Shown here: piece after piece, positions 15,001 to 30,000 of the stretch | Layout of the letters: each line of letters begins with the position of its first letter | Numbering within the stretch: position 1 is the first letter of the stretch | From: Mayamaea pseudoterrestris | Lineage: Eukaryota | Direction: 5' to 3' | DNA length: 64,000 nt | NCBI GenBank assembly: GCA_027923505.1 | Contig: BROI01000009.1 | Location: 124,001 to 188,000, forward strand | Program-made: the position numbers and the translations under genes | Notes under the pieces: generated by a model | The model's database searches: none | Seen by the model: the letters and a program-made list of their open reading frames with translations, nothing else | What the model was told of the DNA's origin: nothing

Positions 15001-18000
15001 GTACGGCCTCCACTGTGGGTATGGCCAACACCACAAGTTGCAGATTCTTCCCTGTCAAACGCCCCATGCCCTGGCCACCCAAATACCCAATGAGTCAGGC
15101 AAAACATGTCCAGGGTATGCCATTGACAGGTGCATAGTCTCAAATGGTGCAAAAAGGACTGCCTGGAGGCTGACAACATGGGTACGGCCTCCACTGTGGG
15201 TATGGCCAACACCACAAGTTGCAGATTCTTCCCTGTCAAACGCCCCATGCCCTGGCCACCCAAATACCCAATGAGTCAGGCAAAACATGTCCAGGGGATG
15301 CCATTGACAGGTGCAGAGTCTCAAATGGTGCAAAAAGGACTGCCTGGAGGCTGACAACATGGGTACGGCCTCCACTGTGGGTATGGCCAACACCACAAGT
15401 TGCAGATTCTTCCCTGTCAAACGCCCCATGCCCTGGCCACCCAAATACCCAATGAGTCAGGCAAAACATGTCCAGGGGATGCCATTGACAGGTGCAGAGT
15501 CTCAAATGGTGCAAAAAGGACTGCCTGGAGGCTGACAACATGGGTACGGCCTCCACTGTGGGTATGGCCAACACCACAAGTTGCAGATTCTTCCCTGTCA
15601 AACGCCCCATGCCCTGGCCACCCAAATACCCAATGAGTCAGGCGAAACATGTCCAGGGGATGCCATTGACAGGTGCAGAGTCTCAAATAGTGCAAAAACG
15701 ACTGCATGGAGACTGACAACATGGGTACGGCCTCCACTGTGGGTATGGCCAACACCACAAGTTGCAGATTCTTCCCTGTCAAACGCCCCATGCCCTGGCC
15801 ACCCAAATACCCAATGAGTCAGGCAAAACATGTCCAGGGTATGCCATTGACAGGTGCAGAGTCTCAAATGGTGCAAAAGGACTGCCTGGAGGCTGACAAC
15901 ATGGGTACGGCCTCCACTGTGGGTATGGCCAACACCACAAGTTGCAGATTCTTCCCTGTCAAACGCCCCATGCCCTGGCCACCCAAATACCCAATGAGTC
16001 AGGCAAAACATGTCCAGGGTATGCCATTGACAGGTATGCCATTGACAGGTGCAGAGTCTCAAATGGTGCAAAAAGGACTGCCTGGAGGCTGAAAACATGG
16101 GTACGGCCTCCACTGTGGGTATGGCCAACACCACAAGTTGCAGATTCTTCCCTGTCAAACGCCCCATGCCCTGGCCACCCAAATACCCAATGAGTCAGGC
16201 AAAACATGTCCAGGGTATGCCATTGACAGGTGCAGAGTCTCAAATGGTGCAAAAAGGACTGCCTGGAGGCTGAAAACATGGGTACGGCCTCCACTGTGGG
16301 TATGGCCAACACCACAAGTTGCAGATTCTTCCCTGTCAAACGCCCCATGCCCTGGCCACCCAAATACCCAATGAGTCAGGCAAAACATGTCCAGGGTATG
16401 CCATTGACAGGTGCAGAGTCTCAAATGGTGCAAAAAGGACTGCCTGGAGGCTGACAACATGGGTACGGCCTCCACTGTGGGTATGGCCAACACCACAAGT
16501 TGCAGATTCTTCCCTGTCAAACGCCCCATGCCCTGGCCACCCAAATACCCAATGAGTCAGGCAAAACATGTCCAGGGGATGCCATTGACAGGTGCAGAGT
16601 CTCAAATGGTGCAAAAAGGACTGCCTGGAGGCTGACAACATGGGTACGGCCTCCACTGTGGGTATGGCCAACACCACAAGTTGCAGATTCTTCCCTGTCA
16701 AACGCCCCATGCCCTGGCCACCCAAATACCCAATGAGTCAGGCAAAACATGTCCAGGGTAGGCCATTGACAGGTGCAGAGTCTCAAATGGTGCAAAAAGG
16801 ACTGCCTGGAGGCTGACAACATGGGTACGGCCTCCACTGTGGGTATGGCCAACACCACAAGTTGCAGATTCTTCCCTGTCAAACGCCCCATGCCCTGGCC
16901 ACCCAAATACCCAATGAGTCAGGCAAAACATGTCCAGGGGATGCCATTGACAGGTGCAGAGTCTCAAATGGTGCAAAAAGGACTGCCTGGAGGCTGAACA
17001 ACATGGGTACGGCCTCCACTGTGGGTATGGCCAACACCACAAGTTGCAGATTCTTCCCTGTCAAACGCCCCATGCCCTGGCCACCCAAATACCCAATGAG
17101 TCAGGCAAAACATGTCCAGGGTATGCCATTGACAGGTGCAGAGTCTCAAATGGTGCAAAAGGACTGCCTGGAGGCTGACAACATGGGTACGGCCTCCACT
17201 GTGGGTATGGCCAACACCACAAGTTGCAGATTCTTCCCTGTCAAACGCCCCATGCCCTGGCCACCCAAATACCCAATGAGTCAGGCAAAACATGTCCAGG
17301 GTATGCCATTGACAGGTGCAGAGTCTCAAATGGTGCAAAAAGGACTGCCTGGAGGCTGACAACATGGGTACGGCCTCCACTGTGGGTATGGCCAACACCA
17401 CAAGTTGCAGATTCTTCCCTGTCAAACGCCCCATGCCCTGGCCACCCAAATACCCAATGAGTCAGGCAAAACATGTCCAGGGGATGCCATTGACAGGTGC
17501 AGAGTCTCAAATGGTGCAAAAAACATGGGTACGGCCTCCACTGTGGGTATGGCCAACACCACAAGTTGCAGATTCTTCCCTGTCAAACGCCCCATGCCCT
17601 GGCCACCCAAATACCCAATGAGTCAGGCAAAACATGTCCAGGGTATGCCATTGACAGGTGCAGAGTCTCAAATGGTGCAAAAAGGACTGCCTGGAGGCTG
17701 ACACCATGGGTACGGCCTCCACTGTGGGTATGGCCAACACCACAAGTTGCAGATTCTTCCCTGTCAAACGCCCCATGCCCTGGCCACCCAAATACCCAAT
17801 GAGTCAGGCAAAACATGTCCAGGGTATGCCATTGACAGGTGCAGAGTCTCAAATGGTGCAAAAAGGACTGCCTGGAGGCTGACAACATGGGAACGGCCTC
17901 CACTGTGGGTATGGCCAACACCACAAGTTGCAGATTCTTCCCTGTCAAACGCCCCATGCCCTGGCCACCCAAATACCCAATGAGTCAGGCAAACATGTCC

Positions 18001-21000
18001 AGGGGATGCCATTGACAGGTGCAGAGTCTCAAATGGTGCAAAAAGGACTGCCTGGAGGCTGACAACATGGGTACGGCCTCCACTGTGGGTATGGCCAACA
18101 CCACAAGTTGCAGATTCTTCCCTGTCAAACGCCCCATGCCCTGGCCACCCAAATACCCAATGAGTCAGGCAAAACATGTCCAGGGTATGCCATTGACAGG
18201 TGCAGAGTCTCAAATGGTGCAAAAGGACTGCCTGGAGGCTGACACCATGGGTACGGCCTCCACTGTGGGTATGGCCAACACCACAAGTTGCAGATTCTTC
18301 CCTGTCAAACGCCCCATGCCCTGGCCACCCAAATACCCAATGAGTCAGGCAAAACATGTCCAGGGTATGCCATTGACAGGTGCAGAGTCTCAAATGGTGC
18401 AAAAAGGACTGCCTGGAGGCTGACAACATGGGTACGGCCTCCACTGTGGGTATGGCCAACACCACAAGTTGCAGATTCTTCCCTGTCAAACGCCCCATGC
18501 CCTGGCCACCCAAATACCCAATGAGTCAGGCAAAACATGTCCAGGGTATGCCATTGACAGGTGCAGAGTCTCAAATGGTGCAAAAAGGACTGCCTGGAGG
18601 CTGACAACATGGGTACGGCCTCCACTGTGGGTATGGCCAACACCACAAGTTGCAGATTCTTCCCTGTCAAACGCCCCATGCCCTGGCCACCCAAATACCC
18701 AATGAGTCAGGCAAAACATGTCCAGGGTATGCCATTGACAGGTGCAGAGTCTCAAATGGTGCAAAAAGGACTGCCTGGAGGCTGACAACATGGGTACGGC
18801 CTCCACTGTGGGTATGGCCAACACCACAAGTTGCAGATTCTTCCCTGTCAAACGCCCCATGCCCTGGCCACCCAAATACCCAATGAGTCAGGCAAAACAT
18901 GTCCAGGGTATGCCATTGACAGGTGCAGAGTCTCAAATGGTGCAAAAAGGACTGCCTGGAGGCTGACAACATGGGTACGGCCTCCACTGTGGGTATGGCC
19001 AACACCACAAGTTGCAGATTCTTCCCTGTCAAACGCCCCATGCCCTGGCCACCCAAATACCCAATGAGTCAGGCAAAACATGTCCAGGGTATGCCATTGA
19101 CAGGTGCAGAGTCTCAAATGGTGCAAAATAAACTGCCTGGAGGCTGACAACATGGGTACGGCCTCCACTGTGGGTATGGCCAACACCACAAGTTGCAGAT
19201 TCTTCCCTGTCAAACGCCCCATGCCCTGGCCACCCAAATACCCAATGAGTCAGGCAAAACATGTCCAGGGTATGCCATTGACAGGTGCAGAGTCTCAAAT
19301 GGTGCAAAAAGGACTGCCTGAGGCTGACAACATGGGTACGGCCTCCACTGTGGGTATGGCCAACACCACAAGTTGCAGATTCTTCCCTGTCAAACGCCCC
19401 ATGCCCTGGCCACCCAAATACCCAATGAGTCAGGCAAAACATGTCCAGGGTATGCCATTGACAGGTGCAGAGTCTCAAATGGTGCAAAAAGGACTGCCTG
19501 GAGGCTGACAACATGGGTACGGCCTCCACTGTGGGTATGGCCAACACCACAAGTTGCAGATTCTTCCCTGTCAAACGCCCCATGCCCTGGCCACCCAAAT
19601 ACCCAATGAGTCAGGCAAAACATGTCCAGGGTATGCCATTGACAGGTGCAGAGTCTCAAATGGTGCAAAAAGGACTGCCTGGAGGCTGACAACCATGGGT
19701 ACGGCCTCCACTGTGGGTATGGCCAACACCACAAGTTGCAGATTCTTCCCTGTCAAACGCCCCATGCCCTGGCCACCCAAATACCCAATGAGTCAGGCAA
19801 AACATGTCCAGGGGATGCCATTGACAGGTGCAGAGTTTCAAATGGTGCAAAAATAGCCTGCCTAGAGGCTGACACCATGAGTACGGCCTCCACTGTGGGT
19901 ATGGCCAACACCACAAGTTGCAGATTCTTCCCTGTCAAACGCCCCATGCCCTGGCCACCCAAATACCCAATGAGTCAGGCAAAACATGTCCAGGGTATGC
20001 CATTGACAGGTGCAGAGTCTCAAATGGTGCAAAAAGGACTGCCTGGAGGCTGACACCATGGGTACGGCCTCCACTGTGGGTATGGCCAACACCACAAGTT
20101 GCAGATTCTTCCCTGTCAAACGCCCCATGCCCTGGCCACCCAAATACCCAATGAGTCAGGCAAAACATGTCCAGGGTATGCCATTGACAGGTGCAGAGTC
20201 TCAAATGGTGCAAAAAGGACTGCCTGGAGGCTGACAACATGGGTACAGCCTCCACTGTGGGTATGGGCCAACACCACAAGTTGCAGATTCTTCCCTGTCA
20301 AACGCCCCATGCCCTGGCCACCCAAATACCCAATGAGTCAGGCAAAACATGTCCAGGGTATGCCATTGACAGGTGCAGAGTCTCAAATGGTGCAAAAAGG
20401 ACTGCCTGGAGGCTGACAACATGGGTACGGCCTCCACGGTGGGTATGGCCAACACCACAAGTTGCAGATTCTTCCCTGTCAAACGCCCCATGCCCTGGCC
20501 ACCCAAATACCCAATGAGTCAGGCAAAACATGTCCAGGGTATGCCATTGACAGGTGCAGAGTCTCAAATGGTGCAAAAAGGACTGCCTGGAGGCTGACAC
20601 CATGGGCACGGACGGCGGAGCCAACACCACAAGTTGCAGATTCTCCCTGTCAAACGCCCCATGCCCGGCCACCCAAAACCCCAATGAGTCAGGCAAAACA
20701 TGCCAGGGTATGAGCTGACGGCCCCACGAGGTAACGGGCCTGCAACACCACAAGTTGCAGATTCTTCCCTGTCAAACGCCCCATGCCCTGGCCACCCAAA
20801 TACCCAATGAGTCAGGCAAAACATGTCCAGGGTATGCCATTGACAGGTGCAGAGTCTCAAATGGTGCAAAAAGGACTGCCTGGAGGCTGACACCATGGGT
20901 ACGGCCTCCACTGTGGGTATGGCCAACACCACAAGTTGCAGATTCCTCCCTGTCAAACGCCCCATGCCCTGGCCACCCAAATACCCAATGAGTCAGGCAA

Positions 21001-24000
21001 AACATGTCCAGGGTATGCCATTGACAGGTGCAGAGTCTCAAATGGTGCAAAAAGGACTGCCTGGAGGCTGACAACATGGGTACGGCCTCCACTGTGGGTA
21101 TGGCCAACACCACAAGTTGCAGATTCATCCGCTCCCCGCACCAGGCCACGCCAAGTACGCACCAAATACCCAATGAGTCAGGCAAAACATGTCCAGGGGA
21201 TGCCATTGACAGGTGCAGAGTCTCAAATGGTGCAAAAGGACTGCCTGGAGGCTGACACCATGGGTACGGCCTCCACGGTGGGTATGGCCAACACCACAAG
21301 TTGCAGATTCTTCCCTGTCAAACGCCCCATGCCCTGGCCACCCAAATACCCAATGAGTCAGGCAAAACATGTCCAGGGTATGCCATTGACAGGTGCAGAG
21401 TCTCAAATGGTGCAAAAAGGACTGCCTGGAGGCTGACACCATGGGTACGGCCTCCACGGTGGGTATGGCCAACACCACAAGTTGCAGATTCTTCCCTGTC
21501 AAACGCCCCATGCCCTGGCCACCCAAATACCCAATGAGTCAGGCAAAACATGTCCAGGGTATGCCATTGACAGGTGCAGAGTCTCAAATGGTGCAAAAAG
21601 GACTGCCTGGAGGCTGACAACATGGGTACGGCCTCCACGGTGGGTATGGCCAACACCACAAGTTGCAGATTCTTTTCCCTGTCAAACGCCCCATGCCCTG
21701 GCCACCCAAATACCCAATGAGTCAGGCAAAACATGTCCAGGGGATGCCATTGACAGGTGCAGAGTCTCAAATGGTGCAAAAAGGACTGCCTGGAGGCTGA
21801 CAACATGGGTACGGCCTCCACTGTGGGTATGGCCAACACCACAAGTTGCAGATTCATCCCTGTCAAACGCCCCATGCCCTGGCCACCCAAATACCCAATG
21901 AGTCAGGCAAAACATGTCCAGGGTATGCCATTGACAGGTGCAGAGTCTCAAATGGTGCAAAAAGGACTGCCTGGAGGCTGACAACATGGGTACGGCCTCC
22001 ACTGTGGGTATGGCCAACACCACAAGTTGCAGATTCATCCCTGTCAAACGCCCCATGCCCTGGCCACCCAAATACCCAATGAGTCAGGCAAAACATGTCC
22101 AGGGGATGCCATTGACAGGTGCAGAGTCTCAAATGGTGCAAAAAGGACGCCGGGCGGACGCCCGTCCCAGTGGCAACCATGGGTACGGCCTCCACGGTGG
22201 GTATGGCCAACACCACAAGTTGTAGATTCTTCCCTGTCAAACGCCCCATGCCCTGGCCACCCAAATACCCAATGAGTCAGGCAAAACATGTCCAGGGTAT
22301 GCCATTGACAGGTGCAGAGTCTCAAATGGTGCAAAAAGGACTGCCTGGAGGCTGACAACATGGGTACGGCCTCCACGGTGGTGGCCAACACCACAACCAT
22401 GGGTACGGCCTCCACGGTGGGTATGGCCAACACCACAAGTTGTAGATTCTTCCCTGTCAAACGCCCCATGCCCTGGCCACCCAAATACCCAATGAGTCAG
22501 GCAAAACATGTCCAGGGTATGCCATTGACAGGTGCAGAGTCTCAAATGGTGCAAAAAGGACTGCCTGGAGGCTGACAACATGGGTACGGCCTCCACGGGT
22601 ATGGCCAACACACAAGGTGCGATTCTTGTCAAACGCCCCATGCCCTGGCCACCCAAATACCCAATGAGTCAGGCAAAACATGTCCAGGGTATGCCATTGA
22701 CAGGTGCAGAGTCTCAAATGGTGCAAAAAGGACTGCCTGGAGGCTGACACCATGGGTATGGCCAACACCACAAGTTGCAGATTCTTCCCTGTCAAACGCC
22801 CCATGCCCTGGCCACCCAAATACCCAATGAGTCAGGCAAAACATGTCCAGGGTATGCCATTGACAGGTGCAGAGTCTCAAATGGTGCAAAAAGGACTGCC
22901 TGGAGGCAGACACCAAGGGTACGGCCTCCACTGTGGGTATGGCCAACACCACAAGTTGCAGATTCTTCCCTGTCAAACGCCCCATGCCCTGGCCACCCAA
23001 ATACCCAATGAGTCAGGCAAAACATGTCCAGGGTATGCCATTGACAGGTGCAGAGTCTCAAATGGTGCAAAAAGGACTGCCTGGAGGCTGACAACATGGG
23101 TACGGCCTCCACTGTGGGTATGGCCAACACCACAAGTTGCAGATTCTTCCCTGTCAAACGCCCCATGCCCTGGCCACCCAAATACCCAATGAGTCAGGCA
23201 AAACATGTCCAGGGTATGCCATTGACAGGTGCAGAGTCTCAAATGGTGCAAAAAGGACTGCCTGGAGGCTGACAACATGGGTACGGCCTCCACGGTGGGT
23301 ATGGCCAACACCACAAGTTGCAGATTCTTCCCTGTCAAACGCCCCATGCCCTGGCCACCCAAATACCCAATGAGTCAGGCAAAACATGTCCAGGGTATGC
23401 CATTGACAGGTGCAGAGTCTCAAATGGTGCAAAAAGGACTGCCTGGAGGCTGACACCATGGGTACGGCCTCCACGGTGGGTATGGCCAACACCACAAGTT
23501 GTAGATTCTTCCCTGTCAAACGCCCCATGCCCTGGCCACCCAAATACCCAATGAGTCAGGCAAAACATGTCCAGGGTATGCCATTGACAGGTGCAGAGTC
23601 TCAAATGGTGCAAAAAGGACTGCCTGGAGGCTGACACCATGGGTACGGCCTCCACGGTGGGTATGGCCAACACCACAAGTTGTAGATTCTTCCCTGTCAA
23701 ACGCCCCATGCCCTGGCCACCCAAATACCCAATGAGTCAGGCAAAACATGTCCAGGGTATGCCATTGACAGGTGCATAGTCTCAAATGGTGCAAAAAGGA
23801 CTGCCTGGAGGCTGACACCATGGGTACGGCCTCCACTGTGGGTATGGCCAACACCACAAGTTGTCGATTCTGACCTGTCAAACGCCCCATGCCCTGGCCA
23901 CCCAAATACCCAATGAGTCAGGCAAAACATGTCCAGGGTATGCCATTGACAGGTGCAGAGTCTCAAATGGTGCAAAAAGGACTGCCTGGAGGCTGACAAC

Positions 24001-27000
24001 ATGGGTACGGCCTCCACTGTGGGTATGGCCAACACCACAAGTTGCAGATTCTGACCTGTCAAACGCCCCATGCCCTGGCCACCCAAATACCCAATGAGTC
24101 AGGCAAAACATGTCCAGGGTATGCCATTGACAGGTGCAGAGTCTCAAATGGTGCAAAAAGGACTGCCTGGAGGCTGACACCATGGGTACGGCCTCCACGG
24201 TGGGTATGGCCAACACCACAAGTTGTCGATTCTTCCCTGTCAAACGCCCCATGCCCTGGCCACCCAAATACCCAATGAGTCAGGCAAAACATGTCCAGGG
24301 TATGCCATTGACAGGTGCAGAGTCTCAAATGGTGCAAAAAGGACTGCCTGGAGGCTGACAACATGGGTACGGCCTCCACGGTGGGTATGGCCAACACCAC
24401 AAGTTGCAGATTCTTCCCTGTCAAACGCCCCATGCCCTGGCCACCCAAATACCCAATGAGTCAGGCAAAACATGTCCAGGGTATGCCATTGACAGGTGCA
24501 GAGTCTCAAATGGTGCAAAAAGGACTGCCTGGAGGCTGACAACATGGGTACGGCCTCCACGGTGGGTATGGCCAACACCACAAGTTGTCGATTCTGTCCT
24601 GTCAAACGCCCCATGCCCTGGCCACCCAAATACCCAATGAGTCAGGCAAAACATGTCCAGGGTATGCCATTGACAGGTGCAGAGTCTCAAATGGTGCAAA
24701 AAGGACTGCCTGGAGGCTGACACCATGGGTACGGCCTCCACGGTGGGTATGGCCAACACCACAAGTTGTCGATTCTTCCCTGTCAAACGCCCCATGCCCT
24801 GGCCACCCAAATACCCAATGAGTCAGGCCAAACATGTCCAGGGTATGCCATTGACAGGTGCAGAGTCTCAAATGGTGCAAAAGGACTGCCTGGAGGCTGA
24901 CACCATGGGTACGGCCTCCACGGTGGGTATGGCCAACACCACAAGTTGTCGATTCTGACCTGTCAAACGCCCCATGCCCTGGCCACCCAAATACCCAATG
25001 AGTCAGGCAAAACATGTCCAGGGTATGCCATTAACAGGTGCAGAGGCCTCCACGGTGGGTATGGCCAACACCACAAGTTGTCGATTCTTCCCTGTCAAAC
25101 GCCCCATGCCCTGGCCACCCAAATACCCAATGAGTCAGGCAAAACATGTCCAGGGTATGCCATTGACAGGTGCAGAGTCTCAAATGGTGCAAAAAGGACT
25201 GCCTGGAGGCTGACAACATGGGTACGGCCTCCACGGTGGGTATGGCCAACACCACAAGTTGCAGATTCTTCCCTGTCAAACGCCCCATGCCCTGGCCACC
25301 CAAATACCCAATGAGTCAGGCAAAACATGTCCAGGGTATGCCATTGACAGGTGCAGAGTCTCAAATGGTGCAAAAAGGACTGCCTGGAGGCTGACAACAT
25401 GGGTACGGCCTCCACGGTGGGTATGGCCAACACCACAAGTTGTCGATTCTGTCCTGTCAAACGCCCCATGCCCTGGCCACCCAAATACCCAATGAGTCAG
25501 GCAAAACATGTCCAGGGTATGCCATTGACAGGTGCAGAGTCTCAAATGGTGCAAAAAGGACTGCCTGGAGGCTGACACCATGGGTACGGCCTCCACGGTG
25601 GGTATGGCCAACACCACAAGTTGTCGATTCTTCCCTGTCAAACGCCCCATGCCCTGGCCACCCAAATACCCAATGAGTCAGGCCAAACATGTCCAGGGTA
25701 TGCCATTGACAGGTGCAGAGTCTCAAATGGTGCAAAAGGACTGCCTGGAGGCTGACACCATGGGTACGGCCTCCACGGTGGGTATGGCCAACACCACAAG
25801 TTGTCGATTCTGACCTGTCAAACGCCCCATGCCCTGGCCACCCAAATACCCAATGAGTCAGGCAAAACATGTCCAGGGTATGCCATTAACAGGTGCAGAG
25901 CGAACGGGTTGGCGGCCACCAACCAGAGGGGCAAAGTCCCAAATGTTGCAAAAGGACTGCCTGGAGGCTGACACCATGGGTACGGCCTCCACGGTGGGTA
26001 TGGCCAACACCACAAGTTGTCGATTCTGACCTGTCAAACGCCCCATGCCCTGGCCACCCAAATACCCAATGAGTCAGGCAAAACATGTCCAGGGTATGCC
26101 ATTGACAGGTGCAGAGTCTCAAATGGTGCAAAAAGGACTGCCTGGAGGCTGACAACATGGGTACGGCCTCCACGGTGGGTATGGCCAACACCACAAGTTG
26201 TCGATTCTGACCTGTCAAACGCCCCATGCCCTGGCCACCCAAATACCCAATGAGTCAGGCAAAACATGTCCAGGGTATGCCATTGACAGGTGCAGAGTCT
26301 CAAATGGTGCAAAAAGGACTGCCTGGAGGCTGACACCATGGGTACGGCCTCCACGGTGGGTATGGCCAACACCACAAGTTGTCGATTCTGACCTGTCAAA
26401 CGCCCCATGCCCTGGCCACCCAAATACCCAATGAGTCAGGCAAAACATGTCCAGGGTATGCCATTGACAGGTGCAGAGTCTCAAATGGTGCAAAAAGGAC
26501 TGCCTGGAGGCTGACACCATGGGTACGGCCTCCACGGTGGGTATGGCCAACACCACAAGTTGTCGATTCTGACCTGTCAAACGCCCCATGCCCTGGCCAC
26601 CCAAATACCCAATGAGTCAGGCCAAACATGTCCAGGGTATGCCATTGACAGGTGCAGAGTCTCAAATGGTGCAAAAAGGACTGCCTGGAGGCTGACACCA
26701 TGGGTACGGCCTCCACGGTGGGTATGGCCAACACCACAAGTTGTCGATTCTGACCTGTCAAACGCCCCATGCCCTGGCCACCCAAATACCCAATGAGTCA
26801 GGCCAAACATGTCCAGGGTATGCCATTGACAGGTGCAGAGTCTCAAATGGTGCAAAAAGGACTGCCTGGAGGCTGACACCATGGGTACGGCCTCCACGGT
26901 GGGTATGGCCAACACCACAAGTTGTCGATTCTGACCTGTCAAACGCCCCATGCCCTGGCCACCCAAATACCCAATGAGTCAGGCAAAACATGTCCAGGGT

Positions 27001-30000
27001 ATGCCATTGACAGGTGCAGAGTCTCAAATGGTGCAAAAAGGACTGCCTGGAGGCTGACACCATGGGTACGGCCTCCACGGTGGGTATGGCCAACACCACA
27101 AGTTGTCGATTCTGACCTGTCAAACGCCCCATGCCCTGGCCACCCAAATACCCAATGAGTCAGGCAAAACATGTCCAGGGTATGCCATTGACAGGTGCAG
27201 AGTCTCAAATGGTGCAAAAAGGACTGCCTGGAGGCTGACACCATGGGTACGGCCTCCACGGTGGGTATGGCCAACACCACAAGTTGTCGATTCTGACCTG
27301 TCAAACGCCCCATGCCCTGGCCACCCAAATACCCAATAATGCAGGCCAAACATGTCCAGGGTATGCCATTGACAGGTGCAGAGTCTCAAATGGTGCAAAA
27401 AGACTGCCTGGAGGCTGACACCATGGGTACGGCCTCCACGGTGGGTATGGCCAACACCACAAGTTGTCGATTCTGACCTGCCAAACGCCCCATGCCCTGG
27501 CCACCCAAATACCCAATGAGTCAGGCCAAACATGTCCAGGGTATGCCATTGACAGGTGCAGAGTCTCAAATGGTGCAAAAAGGACTGCCTGGAGGCTGAC
27601 ACCATGGGTACGGCCTCCACGGTGGGTATGGCCAACACCACAAGTTGTCGATTCTGACCTGTCAAACGCCCCATGCCCTGGCCACCCAAATACCCAATGA
27701 GTCAGGCCAAACATGTCCAGGGTATGCCATTGACAGGTGCAGAGTCTCAAATGGTGCAAAAAGGACTGCCTGGAGGCTGACACCATGGGTACGGCCTCCA
27801 CGGTGGGTATGGCCAACACCACAAGTTGTCGATTCTGACCTGTCAAACGCCCCATGCCCTGGCCACCCAAATACCCAATGAGTCAGGCCAAACATGTCCA
27901 GGGTATGCCATTGACAGGTGCAGAGTCTCAAATGGTGCAAAAAGGACTGCCTGGAGGCTGACACCATGGGTACGGCCTCCACGGTGGGTATGGCCAACAC
28001 CACAAGTTGTCGATTCTGACCTGTCAAACGCCCCATGCCCTGGCCACCCAAATACCCAATGAGTCAGGCCAAACATGTCCAGGGTATGCCATTGACAGGT
28101 GCAGAGTCTCAAATGGTGCAAAAAGGACTGCCTGGAGGCTGACACCATGGGTACGGCCTCCACGGTGGGTATGGCCAACACCACAAGTTGTCGATTCTGA
28201 CCTGTCAAACGCCCCATGCCCTGGCCACCCAAATACCCAATGAGTCAGGCAAAACATGTCCAGGGTATGCCATTGACAGGTGCAGAGTCTCAAATGGTGC
28301 AAAAAGGACTGCCTGGAGGCTGACACCATGGGTACGGCCTCCACGGTGGGTATGGCCAACACCACAAGTTGTCGATTCTGACCTGTCAAACGCCCCATGC
28401 CCTGGCCACCCAAATACCCAATGAGTCAGGCCAAACAACATGTCCAGGGTATGCCATTGACAGGTGCAGAGTCTCAAATGGTGCAAAAAGGACTGCCTGG
28501 AGGCTGACACCATGGGTACGGCCTCCACGGTGGGTATGGCCAACACCACAAGTTGTCGATTCTGACCTGTCAAACGCCCCATGCCCTGGCCACCCAAATA
28601 CCCAATGAGTCAGGCCAAACATGTCCAGGGTATGCCATTGACAGGTGCAGAGTCTCAAATGGTGCAAAAGGACTGCCTGGAGGCTGACACCATGGGTACG
28701 GCCTCCACGGTGGGTATGGCCAACACCACAAGTTGTCGATTCTGACCTGTCAAACGCCCCATGCCCTGGCCACCCAAATACCCAATGAGTCGGGCCAAAC
28801 ATGTCCAGGGTATGCCATTGACAGGTGCAGAGTCTCAAATGGTGCAAAAAGGACTGCCTGGAGGCTGACACCATGGGTACGGCCTCCACGGTGGGTATGG
28901 CCAACACCACAAGTTGTCGATTCTGACCTGTCAAACGCCCCATGCCCTGGCCACCCAAATACCCAATGAGTCAGGCCAAACATGTCCAGGGTATGCCATT
29001 GACAGGTGCAGAGTCTCAAATGGTGCAAAAGGACTGCCTGGAGGCTGACACCATGGGTACGGCCTCCACGGTGGGTATGGCCAACACCACAAGTTGTCGA
29101 TTCTGACCTGTCAAACGCCCCATGCCCTGGCCACCCAAATACCCAATGAGTCAGGCCAAACATGTCCAGGGTATGCCATTGACAGGTGCAGAGTCTCAAA
29201 TGGTGCAAAAAGGACTGCCTGGAGGCTGACACCATGGGTACGGCCTCCACGGTGGGTATGGCCAACACCACAAGTTGTCGATTCTGACCTGTCAAACGCC
29301 CCATGCCCTGGCCACCCAAATACCCAATGAGTCAGGCACAAACATGTCCAGGGTATGCCATTGACAGGTGCAGAGTCTCAAATGGTGCAAAAGGACTGCC
29401 TGGAGGCTGACACCATGGGTACGGCCTCCACGGTGGGTATGGCCAACACCACAAGTTGTCGATTCTGACCTGTCAAACGCCCCATGCCCTGGCCACCCAA
29501 ATACCCAATGAGTCAGGCCAAACATGTCCAGGGTATGCCATTGACAGGTGCAGAGTCTCAAATGGTGCAAAAAGGACTGCCTGGAGGCTGACACCATGGG
29601 TACGGCCTCCACGGGGGGTATGGCCAACACCACAAGTTGTCGATTCTGACCTGTCAAACGCCCCATGCCCTGGCCACCCAAATACCCAATGAGTCAGGCC
29701 AAACATGTCCAGGGTATGCCATTGACAGGTGCAGAGTCTCAAATGGTGCAAAAAGGACTGCCTGGAGGCTGACACCATGGGTACGGCCTCCACGGTGGGT
29801 ATGGCCAACACCACAAGTTGTCGATTCTGACCTGTCAAACGCCCCATGCCCTGGCCACCCAAATACCCAATGAGTCGGGCCAAACATGTCCAGGGTATGC
29901 CATTGACAGGTGCAGAGTCTCAAATGGTGCAAAAAGGACTGCCTGGAGGCTGACACCATGGGTACGGCCTCCACGGTGGGTATGGCCAACACCACAAGTT

